IMG/VR virus record: IMGVR_UViG_3300039452_000062
Span: 1-46,626 of that record
DNA from: a virus
Strand: one strand, 5' to 3'
Length of the DNA: 46,626 nucleotides
Shown piece after piece: positions 32,611 through 39,895 of the stretch. Position 1 is the stretch's first letter. Every line of letters begins with the position of its first letter. Both the position numbers and the translations under genes were made by a program. The notes under the pieces are model-generated. The model saw only the letters and a list, made by a program, of their open reading frames with translations. It had not been told where the DNA came from and ran no database searches.

Positions 32611-32792
32611 TTTTTCGGTTCAGAGAAGATAACCATTTGTTTAATGAGTGCAGCGGCCAAATTTAATCCCCGGTCGTCCAGCTTCGTGAGCATGGCGCTG
32701 ATCTGTGCCACTTTCGGATTTGTTCCTGATACGACAACTGGCGCGCTAACATCACGTTGCGCGGCAAGTACTGCTTCTGCTGTGGTTGTCAT
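32607..32792 (-). CDS. hypothetical protein (61 aa)
   Basis: ATGA-coupled ORF. Confidence 0.5.
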   Translation of the reverse strand: MTTTAEAVLAAQRDVSAPVVVSGTNPKVAQISAMLTKLDDRGLNLAAALIKQMVIFSEPKK

Positions 32793-33037
32793 GACTTCCC
32801 CTTAAGATATTTATCAACAGTTTTGATATCCCAGCCAGTAGCGCGGAGGATCGAAACAATCATGCTATCTGTCACCTGATTGACGCCATGGCGTACTTTG
32901 CTGATGCGCGTATAGTCAATCCCCGCGAACGTTGCTAGGTGATATTCCTTGTCGATATCAAATGCTTTTTTGATGGCGTCGAACAGGCCGCCAGAACTGT
33001 CATTCGGATATCGCGTGGATTTCTTTGCTTGAGCCAT
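32789..33037 (-). CDS. putative HTH DNA-binding regulator, first gene of the leftward operon
   Basis: 82 aa. ..YHLATFAGIDYTRISKVRHGVNQVT.. is helix-turn-helix-like. It lies next to the divergent control region. Confidence 0.55.
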   Translation of the reverse strand: MAQAKKSTRYPNDSSGGLFDAIKKAFDIDKEYHLATFAGIDYTRISKVRHGVNQVTDSMIVSILRATGWDIKTVDKYLKGKS

Positions 33038-33039
33038 GT

Positions 33040-33165
33040 AGCCCTCTCATCTGTAGAGCTTGCATCCTATCACAACAATTATCTCGAACTTTCTTTGCGC
33101 TGTTGCAAAAATGATGCTTGACATGATCCATAATGTTTGACATCATTGATCCATCGCAGCCACTT
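33040..33165. promoter_or_regulatory. divergent early control region with repeated TTGACAT / GATCCAT motifs
   Basis: TTGACAT at 33118 and 33137. GATCCAT at 33125 and 33148. TTGACA-N17-CATCAT is a possible rightward promoter. Promoter assignment is tentative. Confidence 0.35.
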
Positions 33166-33336
33166 TGCAGATAGCACTGGGAAGCGATGGAACGGAAGCC
33201 TGCGGCAATATGTTGTTCCTTAAAACAAAGGCAGGCACCACACGCATGCAACTTGACTATCTCTTGTGCGGACCTTAAGCAAGTCAAGCGGGATCGGGAA
33301 TGCTGAAACCGACAGGTTGCAGTCGTGTGGTTCAGT

Positions 33337-33440
33337 GGGGTCATAGGGTCTTTGGTTATCGATGAATGTATAGGACGCTATATACACGTAATCTAAGGAC
33401 CTGACTGGGATGGGGAGTTCGATTCTCTCTGACCTCCCAC
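33337..33440 (+). ncRNA. tRNA-like module 1 (canonical T-arm and acceptor pairing, ~100 nt, no recognisable anticodon arm)
   Basis: T-arm GGGAG-TTCGATT-CTCTC at 33413-33429. The 3-prime strand TGACCTC pairs with GGGGTCA at 33337-33343. The interior is ~28 nt too long for a tRNA. Confidence 0.25.
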
Positions 33441-33443
33441 AAT

Positions 33444-33518
33444 GCGGGTGTAGCAAAATGGAAATGCATTGGCTTTCCAAATCTCTATGCGCGAGTTCGA
33501 TTCTCGCCGCCCGCACCA
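33444..33518 (+). ncRNA. tRNA-like module 2 (degenerate tRNA-Gly(UCC)-like, 75 nt, ends ACCA)
   Basis: Acceptor GCGGGTG/CGCCCGC, D-arm GCAA-AATGGAA-ATGC and T-arm GCGAG-TTCGATT-CTCGC are all present. The loop TTTCCAA looks like a UCC anticodon loop, but its flanks TTGGC/ATCTC do not pair. Confidence 0.35.
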
Positions 33519-33525
33519 GTTTTAT

Positions 33526-33602
33526 GCGCTTGTAGCTCAGATGGTCAGAGCCATGGACTCATAATCCATAGGTCACTGGTTCAAATCCAGTCAGGCGTAC
33601 CA
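33526..33602 (+). tRNA. tRNA-Met (anticodon CAU; Ile2/lysidine type cannot be excluded)
   Basis: 77 nt. Acceptor GCGCTTG/CAGGCGT (two G-U pairs), D-arm GCTC-AGATGGTCA-GAGC, anticodon arm ATGGA-CTCATAA-TCCAT, T-arm ACTGG-TTCAAAT-CCAGT, and an encoded CCA. Confidence 0.9.
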
Positions 33603-33603
33603 T

Positions 33604-33679
33604 GCTGCAATAGCTCAGATGGTAGAGCGGCTGCCTTGTAAGCAGCGGGTCGCGGGTTCGATGCCTGCTTGCAGCACCA
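33604..33679 (+). tRNA. tRNA-Thr (anticodon UGU)
   Basis: 76 nt. Acceptor GCTGCAA/TTGCAGC, anticodon arm GCTGC-CTTGTAA-GCAGC, T-arm GCGGG-TTCGATG-CCTGC, and an encoded CCA. Confidence 0.92.
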
Positions 33680-33906
33680 GTTTTGAATGCCCACACATCG
33701 CCGCAGTCTATGACGGTTCAGCAGGGGCTAAGCTGCTGACAATCCACTAATGGCGGGCCAGCCATATCATAGACGAGGCCAAGCGCCCATGAGCGCTATA
33801 AATCTCCTCGCTGTCACGGCGCATGGAAAGTGAAGACTATCGCGGCGCTGCCAAGCTGCGATAGGCAGCCGGTGGAAACCCGGTCCTTTCTTTCATGGAG
33901 TCCACA

Positions 33907-34695
33907 ATGTCAAATGAATTGGAGTTGGTCGACGACCGACAGGGCGCAGCTTTGCCCGTCGTTCAGCAGAATAATCAAGTTCGTACCACTGGCAGCACCC
34001 CCGCTGATCTGGTGCGCTATGCAATGGAATCCGGTGCTGATCTGGATCGCCTGGAGCGCCTGATGCAGATGCAGGTTGAATGGGAAAAGCGCGAAGCTGA
34101 GAAGGCCTATCATGCAGCGGTTGCAGCCTTCAAAGAAAATGCGCCGACGATCCGCAAGAACAAAACTGCGGACTTCGCCACGCAAAAGGGCCGCACCACC
34201 TACGATTTTGCTACGCTAGGGAATGTGGTTTCGATGATCGTTCCAGAACTGGCAAAGCACGGCCTCTCGCATCGCTGGGTTCCTGACCAGAATGGTGCGC
34301 TGATCGGCATCACCTGCATTCTCACACACCAGCAAGGCCACAGCGAAAGCATCCGCCTTGAGGCCTCCAAGGACGAGAGCGGCGGCAAGAACTCAATACA
34401 GGCTATCGGCTCCGCAAAGAGCTACTTGGAGCGCTACACGCTTCTGGCTATCACTGGTCTTGCTGTCGAAGATAGCGAGGATGACGATGGGAAGTCTTTC
34501 TCGAAGGACGATCTTGACACCTCTCTTGCTGATGAATGGATCGCAAAGGTGAAGGCTGCCCCCACCGATCAAGATGTAATCGCAGTATGGAACGCAGGCG
34601 CGGCCAAGATGGAAGACCGCCCGCATGACTTCAAAGAATTCCAAAAGGCTGTTGCCAGCCGACGCTACGAACTCAACCAGAACAAAGGGCAGTGA
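33907..34695 (+). CDS. erf: Erf-family single-strand annealing protein (alternative start 33895)
   Basis: ..IQAIGSAKSYLERYTLLAITGLAVEDSEDDDG.. parallels P22 Erf ..GATSSYARKYCLNGLFGIDDAKDAD.. ATG 33907 has GGAG 6 nt upstream. Confidence 0.75.
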   Translation: MSNELELVDDRQGAALPVVQQNNQVRTTGSTPADLVRYAMESGADLDRLERLMQMQVEWEKREAEKAYHAAVAAFKENAPTIRKNKTADFATQKGRTTYDFATLGNVVSMIVPELAKHGLSHRWVPDQNGALIGITCILTHQQGHSESIRLEASKDESGGKNSIQAIGSAKSYLERYTLLAITGLAVEDSEDDDGKSFSKDDLDTSLADEWIAKVKAAPTDQDVIAVWNAGAAKMEDRPHDFKEFQKAVASRRYELNQNKGQ

Positions 34696-34696
34696 A

Positions 34697-35353
34697 ATGA
34701 AGATTCTTGACTATCGCCAGGGGACCGCTGAATGGCTGCATGCTCGCGCAGGGCTTTGCACGGCATCGGAGTTCAAAAACGCTGTATCCATTTTGCAGCG
34801 GGCCTCTGGTGGTCGTGCTGCTGGCGAACCATCCAGTGACGCCCTCAAATATGCCGCCGACCTTGCCATCGAGCGCATCAGTTGCAAGCCATGGGGTGAG
34901 CCGATCAAAGCATGGGCATTGGAGCGCGGTCATGCTCTGGAAGATGATGCCCGCCGCATCTATCAGGCGCGCCACAAAAAATTCGTCACTGAATTCGGCC
35001 TCGTCACCGACGATGAAAGTAAGTTCGGTTACAGCACTGATGGCCTTCTCAACGATGAGAATGGCCTGATCGAAATCAAATGCCCAGTATCGAGCATGAA
35101 GATTCTTGATATGTGGGCGAATGGCGATGTATCCGAATATATTCACCAGATGCAAGGCGGCATGTGGCTCACTGGTCGCAAATACTGCGATCTGATTATG
35201 TACGTCCCGGACCTGAAACCCGCAGGAAAAGACCTGTTCGTAAAACGGGTGTTCCGCGACGACGACTTCATTGACGCCATGGTATTGCAGCTACACAAGT
35301 TCCAGATCATGGTAGAAGAAAACGTAAAAATTCTCACTCAAGAAAAGGAGTAA
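34697..35353 (+). CDS. YqaJ-type (lambda Exo-like) recombination exonuclease
   Basis: 218 aa from ATG 34697, 1 nt after the erf stop. It contains QGTAEWLHARAGLCTASEF and ..STDGLL...GLIEIKCP (D..E.K). Confidence 0.8.
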   Translation: MKILDYRQGTAEWLHARAGLCTASEFKNAVSILQRASGGRAAGEPSSDALKYAADLAIERISCKPWGEPIKAWALERGHALEDDARRIYQARHKKFVTEFGLVTDDESKFGYSTDGLLNDENGLIEIKCPVSSMKILDMWANGDVSEYIHQMQGGMWLTGRKYCDLIMYVPDLKPAGKDLFVKRVFRDDDFIDAMVLQLHKFQIMVEENVKILTQEKE

Positions 35354-35355
35354 TC

Positions 35356-36627
35356 ATGTCCCATATTTCGACTGAAGTTAAATCCGATCAACAGCAGCAG
35401 GTTGGCGCACTGGCGCTGATTACCCTCCAGCCCGAGCAGTACGCAAAGGAGGTCTACCAGCCGTTCTACGACCGCCGCGCCAAGGCCATCGAATCGCTGC
35501 GCGCCATCGACTACGATATCCAGACCACGAAGGGCATGGAAGTCGCCGTCAAAGCGCGCCGACTGGTGGCAGATATCCGCATCGAGGCCGAGAAAGAGCG
35601 CAAGGCGCGCAAGCAACCAATCACGCAAATCGGCAAGTTGCTGGAATCCAGCTACAACGATCTGGAGGCCCAGCTCCTGCCGCTGGAATCGCTATTTGAT
35701 GACGACATCAAGGCAGAGGAAAAGCGCAAGGAAGAAATCAAAAAGGAGAAGGAGCGGGCAGAGGCGGCACGCATTCAGGAAATCAGTGACCGCATCGCCG
35801 CCATCAGCAAGCTGCCCATGAAAACGGGCCGCATGTCATCTGCTCAGATTCAAGACGTGATCGATGAGCTGACTGGCATCCAGATTGACGACAGCTTTGC
35901 TGAATTCATCCCGGCCGCCACCAAGGCATGGGTTGAGGCGCGCGATGCCCTCAAGGCCTCTTTTGATGCCGCTGCCGAGGATGAAGCCGAGGCTTATCGC
36001 AAATGTATCATCGCCGAAGAGGAAACCCGCAAGCAGGCCCGTGAGCGCGCTGAACTGGCCGCTAAGCAGGCCGAACTTGAACGCATCGCCAACGAACAGG
36101 CAGCGGAACGCAAGCGCTTGGCTGATGAGCAAGCGGCCATCGAAACAGCTGCCGCCGAACAGCGCCGCAAGGCCGAAGAGAATTTGCGCGCCGAGGCAGA
36201 GGCCCAGGCTGCGCGCCTTAAAGCCGAAGCCGAAGCACATGCCGCCGAGATGAAGCGGCTGGCCGATGAGCTGGCCGCCGAGCGCGCAAAGTTTGAGGCT
36301 GCACAGGCAGCGCAAAAAGCTAAGGATGATGTCGAGCTGAAAGCGAAGGAAGATGCGGCGCGGCTGGAGGCTGACAATGCTGAGGCCATCGAGATTGATA
36401 AAGCCATGGGCCAGGTTGTGAGCGACTTCAATGCAGCAACTATGGTTTCCATGCCCGATTTACCAGTAGATGATCCGAATGGAGAAATTCTTGACGCCGC
36501 CGACGCGATAGACGCCGAGCCCACTGATGAAGAAATCGTTGAGCTATACATCCAGCACTTCGGCGGCTCACCAGAGCAGGCAATCGAGCGGCTATCGCGC
36601 TTCGCTATGACCGTGGCCCATGGATAA
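35356..36627 (+). CDS. coiled-coil protein of the recombination module, unknown
   Basis: 423 aa with SD AAGGAG. It has a long Ala/Glu/Lys/Arg heptad-like central region. Confidence 0.6.
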   Translation: MSHISTEVKSDQQQQVGALALITLQPEQYAKEVYQPFYDRRAKAIESLRAIDYDIQTTKGMEVAVKARRLVADIRIEAEKERKARKQPITQIGKLLESSYNDLEAQLLPLESLFDDDIKAEEKRKEEIKKEKERAEAARIQEISDRIAAISKLPMKTGRMSSAQIQDVIDELTGIQIDDSFAEFIPAATKAWVEARDALKASFDAAAEDEAEAYRKCIIAEEETRKQARERAELAAKQAELERIANEQAAERKRLADEQAAIETAAAEQRRKAEENLRAEAEAQAARLKAEAEAHAAEMKRLADELAAERAKFEAAQAAQKAKDDVELKAKEDAARLEADNAEAIEIDKAMGQVVSDFNAATMVSMPDLPVDDPNGEILDAADAIDAEPTDEEIVELYIQHFGGSPEQAIERLSRFAMTVAHG

Positions 36628-37051
36628 GCGAGTCTTCATCCTGGCTCACGAAGGCGCACGGGACAACGCGGCGCAGTTCTGCCGTGAAGCTCCGGCTGGC
36701 TGGAAAGTCACGTTTTCACCAGCCACGCGCAACAACGAGCAAAACGCCAAGATGCACGCCATGATTGGCGACATATCCAAGCAAGTTCAGCATGTAGGCC
36801 GCTACTGGGCGCTGGATGACATGAAACGCATCCTTGTCGATGAGTTCGCGGAAGAAATGCGCCTTGCTGGAACACCTCTGCATCACGATGGGCGCGTTGT
36901 CCCGAGCATGGACGGGCGGCGAATTGTCCAGCTTGGCTGCCAAACGCATGAGTTCTATGTCGGCGAGGCTTCGGCTTTCATCGAATGGCTCTACATGTTG
37001 GGCGCAAACCACAATGTTCGTTGGAGCGAAAAATTTCTTTACAGGGAATAA
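36620..37051 (+). CDS. ninB: NinB (lambda Orf-family) recombination mediator
   Basis: RNNEQNAKMHAMIGDISKQVQHVGRYW aligns with lambda RSLDQNRKLWACLGDVSRQVEWHGRWL. The C-terminus ..FIEWLYMLGANHNVRWSE aligns with ..LLELIQAFGTERGVKWSDE. Confidence 0.88.
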   Translation: MDKRVFILAHEGARDNAAQFCREAPAGWKVTFSPATRNNEQNAKMHAMIGDISKQVQHVGRYWALDDMKRILVDEFAEEMRLAGTPLHHDGRVVPSMDGRRIVQLGCQTHEFYVGEASAFIEWLYMLGANHNVRWSEKFLYRE

Positions 37052-37121
37052 TCCTTTATGTATTATTTCTACATGGACGCAGCGCACTGGGCGCGGCGAT
37101 GGATGAGGGGAAGAAATCATG
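37038..37121 (+). promoter_or_regulatory. sigma70-like promoter (TTTACA-N17-TATTAT) plus conserved leader, copy B
   Basis: -35 at 37038-37043 and -10 at 37061-37066, overlapping the ninB stop. 37054-37121 matches 20252-20319 with 2 mismatches. Confidence 0.5.
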
Positions 37122-37361
37122 AAAACATACGAACAAGCCAAAGGCAACAAAACCAGCCTGCAGCGCGGCATGATCGAAATGTGCATCTATGACGAATCCG
37201 AAGCTAAGCTGAGCGCAATCGACGCCATTCTGCGCAAACAGTTCGACAGCACTGACTGCATGGACGAAACCGGCAATGGCTACGAAATCTCTTTCGTTAT
37301 CGCCCGGTTGTTCAAAGAGGATTTTATGGTCGCCTACAAGGAAGCCAAGAAAGCAATCTAA
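37119..37361 (+). CDS. hypothetical protein (80 aa), first ORF of cassette B
   Basis: Uses the same SD/ATG context as 20317. The protein is not similar to the cassette A counterpart. Confidence 0.55.
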   Translation: MKTYEQAKGNKTSLQRGMIEMCIYDESEAKLSAIDAILRKQFDSTDCMDETGNGYEISFVIARLFKEDFMVAYKEAKKAI

Positions 37362-37410
37362 CCCCACCCGCGCCCTTCGGGGTGCTTAACTGAAAGGATT
37401 GGATCATGGA
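37361..37410 (+). repeat. conserved intergenic linker 2, copy B (C-UUCG-G hairpin + SD)
   Basis: accccacccgcgcccttcggggtgcttaactgaaaggattggatcatgga. The hairpin is CGCCC-ttcg-GGGTG. Confidence 0.7.
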
Positions 37411-37594
37411 CACCACGCTTACTTTCCGCGCCAAGTATTCAAACCCCAATGAATCCGGGCCGCGCTACATGCTGATCGGCGGGCGCGGAATTGAGAATCA
37501 GGAGTCAGCGACTCGGTACTTTGAGCGCACATGGAAGAACAGCGATGTTCAGGGCGTTGAGCTATTGAAAATGGAATGTCTTGGCTACGTTTAA
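37406..37594 (+). CDS. hypothetical protein (62 aa)
   Basis: ATG in the conserved AAAGGATTGGATCATG context. Confidence 0.5.
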   Translation: MDTTLTFRAKYSNPNESGPRYMLIGGRGIENQESATRYFERTWKNSDVQGVELLKMECLGYV

Positions 37595-37595
37595 C

Positions 37596-37652
37596 CCGCC
37601 ACCCACAGCACCACCCATCGCCGCGCATGACGCGGCTTTGGCGCTGAGAGGG
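37596..37652 (+). repeat. conserved intergenic linker 3, copy B
   Basis: Near-identical to 20719-20775. Hairpin GCCGCG-catga-CGCGGC is at 37620-37636. Confidence 0.7.
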
Positions 37653-37689
37653 TATGCCACCCGATCAACCTAACCTAAAGGAACCCAAC

Positions 37690-38115
37690 ATGAAACGCAT
37701 TCTGATTCTGGCAACCGCAGCAATCCTGGCCGCCTGCGGCGGTGGCAACGTTCACGCTCAAAACCTGACCCAGGCGACTCTGGAAACCCAGGTGCACTTC
37801 GGCACCGGCACCGTCGACATCGAGCATGCCCGCATGGTCGACCTGGACCCATCCAACAGCGTTATCGTGGACGCTAACGGCGTAACCCACCAAGGCAGCT
37901 TCGCCTACGTCAGCGCCTTCTCGGGTTCCAAGGCCTTCCCGAAATACATCCAGGAATACCCTGGTGCACGCCGTTACTGGAACGCCAGCATGTTCAACAT
38001 CTCATGCGTCAACGGTAACACATCGCGCCTGAGCTGGATCAACGGCGGCACTACCGACCTGGCCGACGGCTGCTCGCTGCAAATCCAAGTCTTCAACTGG
38101 GCGCGCAACAATTGA
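37690..38115 (+). CDS. lipoprotein (141 aa)
   Basis: ATG 37690 (SD AAAGGAA). Signal peptide MKRILILATAAILAAC carries the lipobox LAAC. Confidence 0.75.
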   Translation: MKRILILATAAILAACGGGNVHAQNLTQATLETQVHFGTGTVDIEHARMVDLDPSNSVIVDANGVTHQGSFAYVSAFSGSKAFPKYIQEYPGARRYWNASMFNISCVNGNTSRLSWINGGTTDLADGCSLQIQVFNWARNN

Positions 38116-38123
38116 TGATGTAT

Positions 38124-38193
38124 AGCGCTCCTCGGAGCGCTTAATCACAGCAACACCAATTGCCGCTCATGAAGCGGCTTTGGTGCTGAGATG
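38124..38193 (+). repeat. hairpin AGCGCTC-ctcg-GAGCGCT followed by linker 3, copy C
   Basis: Linker copy at 38146-38193 with hairpin GCCGCT-catga-AGCGGC at 38162-38178. It differs from copies A/B by a compensatory G:C to T:A change. Confidence 0.65.
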
Positions 38194-38214
38194 GAACATA
38201 AAAAGAGGAATGCA

Positions 38215-38388
38215 ATGTCAAATAAAGAAAGCTCGGCTATGGAGCGCACGCGCAAACTTGTGACCGCGAAGCGCGGAGCGATGACGGTTACGCAGGCTTG
38301 CGAAAAAACCGGCATTGCCCGTAACAGCGTCTATCGCGCCCGGTGGTACAAGACCTGGAAAGCGAATCAACAGCTCAACAAGGAATAG
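38215..38388 (+). CDS. small HTH-like DNA-binding protein (57 aa)
   Basis: ATG 38215 with SD AAGAGGAA. Motif ..MTVTQACEKTGIARNSVYRARW... Confidence 0.5.
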   Translation: MSNKESSAMERTRKLVTAKRGAMTVTQACEKTGIARNSVYRARWYKTWKANQQLNKE

Positions 38389-38390
38389 TC

Positions 38391-38615
38391 ATGGAAGCTC
38401 ACTTTGCCGCGTTGGTTGCCCGCGATGTGAAGGGCCGGAAGCTTGGCGTACCATCGCCGGTTTTTGGGCCTTACTTCAACCATCTCGCTTGCGAAAAGAA
38501 AATTGAGGCAATATGCGCTGATGAGATTTACCTCCGCGATGTAAAAGAATCGCTGGCCGCTCGACTGAAGGTTGATTTCACGCTGACGGTTGAATCGTAT
38601 CGTGAGCCGATTTAG
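38391..38615 (+). CDS. hypothetical protein (74 aa)
   Basis: ATG 38391 directly after the upstream stop. Confidence 0.5.
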   Translation: MEAHFAALVARDVKGRKLGVPSPVFGPYFNHLACEKKIEAICADEIYLRDVKESLAARLKVDFTLTVESYREPI

Positions 38616-38617
38616 TC

Positions 38618-38863
38618 ATGCGCAAGCCTATTACTTCGGATGAGCCAAGCCCTGCTCAGATTGAATATGAGCATGCGCGAAAACTGATGAATGCTCAGGA
38701 GCTTGGCTATCCCGTGCAGTGGCGCGGCAAGAACCATTTTATTCAGGAACTTCACCGCATGCCGGACCCAAACGGCAGCGGCTTGAAAACTTTCATTTAC
38801 CTTGTTGGCAATCCACAAATCATTCCCGCCAGCGAGATTTCGATAACCGAACGCCCTCAATAG
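38618..38863 (+). CDS. hypothetical protein (81 aa)
   Basis: Tightly packed ORF. Confidence 0.5.
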   Translation: MRKPITSDEPSPAQIEYEHARKLMNAQELGYPVQWRGKNHFIQELHRMPDPNGSGLKTFIYLVGNPQIIPASEISITERPQ

Positions 38864-38872
38864 GAGATTGTG

Positions 38873-39361
38873 ATGGGACTGACTCAATTAAGCATTGAAG
38901 CTTTGCGAATCATGGTCTTGCGCCAAGAGGACGAGCTGAAATCCTACGCTCAAGCTTTGGCTGATAGCAATCTGGCCCTGATGGAGCAAACCGAGTTGAC
39001 CGAGAAGCTGCGCAAGCAAGCTGAGGAACTTGAAGCGGCCAACGCTCGCCTTGAGCTGGCCTTGCGTGAAATGCAAGCGCGCATGACCAAGCTGATGGCT
39101 GAGAAAGTTGAAGCCGAGCAGCGCGCCTACCAGCTGTCGGGAGATCTCGTCAATGCGGCGCGGCAGAAGCAACCTGTCGGCGCAGGCGATGGCAGCACGT
39201 TTATCGTTGACTTGCTGCTTCCAGTTATCAAGAAATACCCGCCGTTTATCCCGCTACAAAAAACGCAATGTCCCAAGTGTCACATCATTCTCGCTGATGT
39301 TATGGCTTATTCATGCCAGCACGCCGACTGCCCTTGCGGCCTTGGCCCGCTGACTCGCTAA
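38873..39361 (+). CDS. coiled-coil protein with C-terminal Cys/His cluster (162 aa)
   Basis: ATG 38873 with GGAG 6 nt upstream. The C-terminus reads CPKCH...CQHADCPC. Confidence 0.55.
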   Translation: MGLTQLSIEALRIMVLRQEDELKSYAQALADSNLALMEQTELTEKLRKQAEELEAANARLELALREMQARMTKLMAEKVEAEQRAYQLSGDLVNAARQKQPVGAGDGSTFIVDLLLPVIKKYPPFIPLQKTQCPKCHIILADVMAYSCQHADCPCGLGPLTR

Positions 39362-39374
39362 CCGGGGGCATGAC

Positions 39375-39611
39375 ATGGCAATAGCCCGAGGCCGCATCAA
39401 ACCAGGCACTATCTGCGGAATTGATTTCCGGAATTTCCGTTGGCCGAATATACCGCCTGAATACCAGCCGCCGAATTTCGCGCCCGACATGCTATTCAAC
39501 ATCGAATCACATGGGGCTATTGTCGAATGTTGGTGCGATGGCTTTGGCGGTGGTGTGGATGGCAGAACCGGACGGTATTTCAATGGCAGCATTTACGTCT
39601 ACAAAGGATAA
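39375..39611 (+). CDS. hypothetical protein (78 aa)
   Basis: ORF with a G-rich SD. Confidence 0.5.
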   Translation: MAIARGRIKPGTICGIDFRNFRWPNIPPEYQPPNFAPDMLFNIESHGAIVECWCDGFGGGVDGRTGRYFNGSIYVYKG

Positions 39612-39613
39612 CC

Positions 39614-39895
39614 ATGAACACCGACATTCAGCATTGGCGCGATGCCTACGCGCTTGGTAAAGCCGATGCGGCGCTAGAAGCAGTGGGACAGGATGCTGTG
39701 GATGCGAACCGTTACCGCTGGTTGCGAAAAGGTACGTCTAAAGACGCCCCTCTTGTGGATGGCGAAGTTTGGGTAGTTAAGTACTCGCACACTCCGGGCC
39801 AAATCCCTTCAGTTGCCTACGCAGGCAATAGCATTCAACTTGATGCTGCCATCGACGCCGCCATCAACAGCAAGAAAGGCGGGGCCGAGGGATGA
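39614..39895 (+). CDS. hypothetical protein (93 aa)
   Basis: ATG 39614, 2 nt after the upstream stop. The track ORF's earlier start overlaps the upstream gene. Confidence 0.5.
   Translation: MNTDIQHWRDAYALGKADAALEAVGQDAVDANRYRWLRKGTSKDAPLVDGEVWVVKYSHTPGQIPSVAYAGNSIQLDAAIDAAINSKKGGAEG

Noticed and set aside
24416-33037. Lysogeny module (integrase, CI/Cro switch, excisionase)
   Set aside because: No ORF shows tyrosine or serine recombinase motifs or a CI-like peptidase domain. Only small HTH proteins are present. Lifestyle therefore cannot be called temperate from this sequence.
33337-33440. tRNA-like module 1 as a miniature tmRNA
   Set aside because: The GGGG start and the GGTTATCGATG segment are reminiscent of tmRNA 5-prime ends. 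However, the element is only about 100 nt, has no plausible tag reading frame, its wobble pair is at position 2:71 rather than G3:U70, and no CCA follows.
33000-33516. Minus-strand ORFs 33000..33344 and 33220..33516
   Set aside because: They run through the regulatory region and across tRNA-like sequences, lack SDs, and have odd composition. The interval is better explained as non-coding.
35836-36551. Two long minus-strand ORFs and one plus-strand ORF inside 35356..36627
   Set aside because: These are shadow frames of an Ala/Glu/Lys-rich coiled-coil gene. The products are low-complexity and have no start context.
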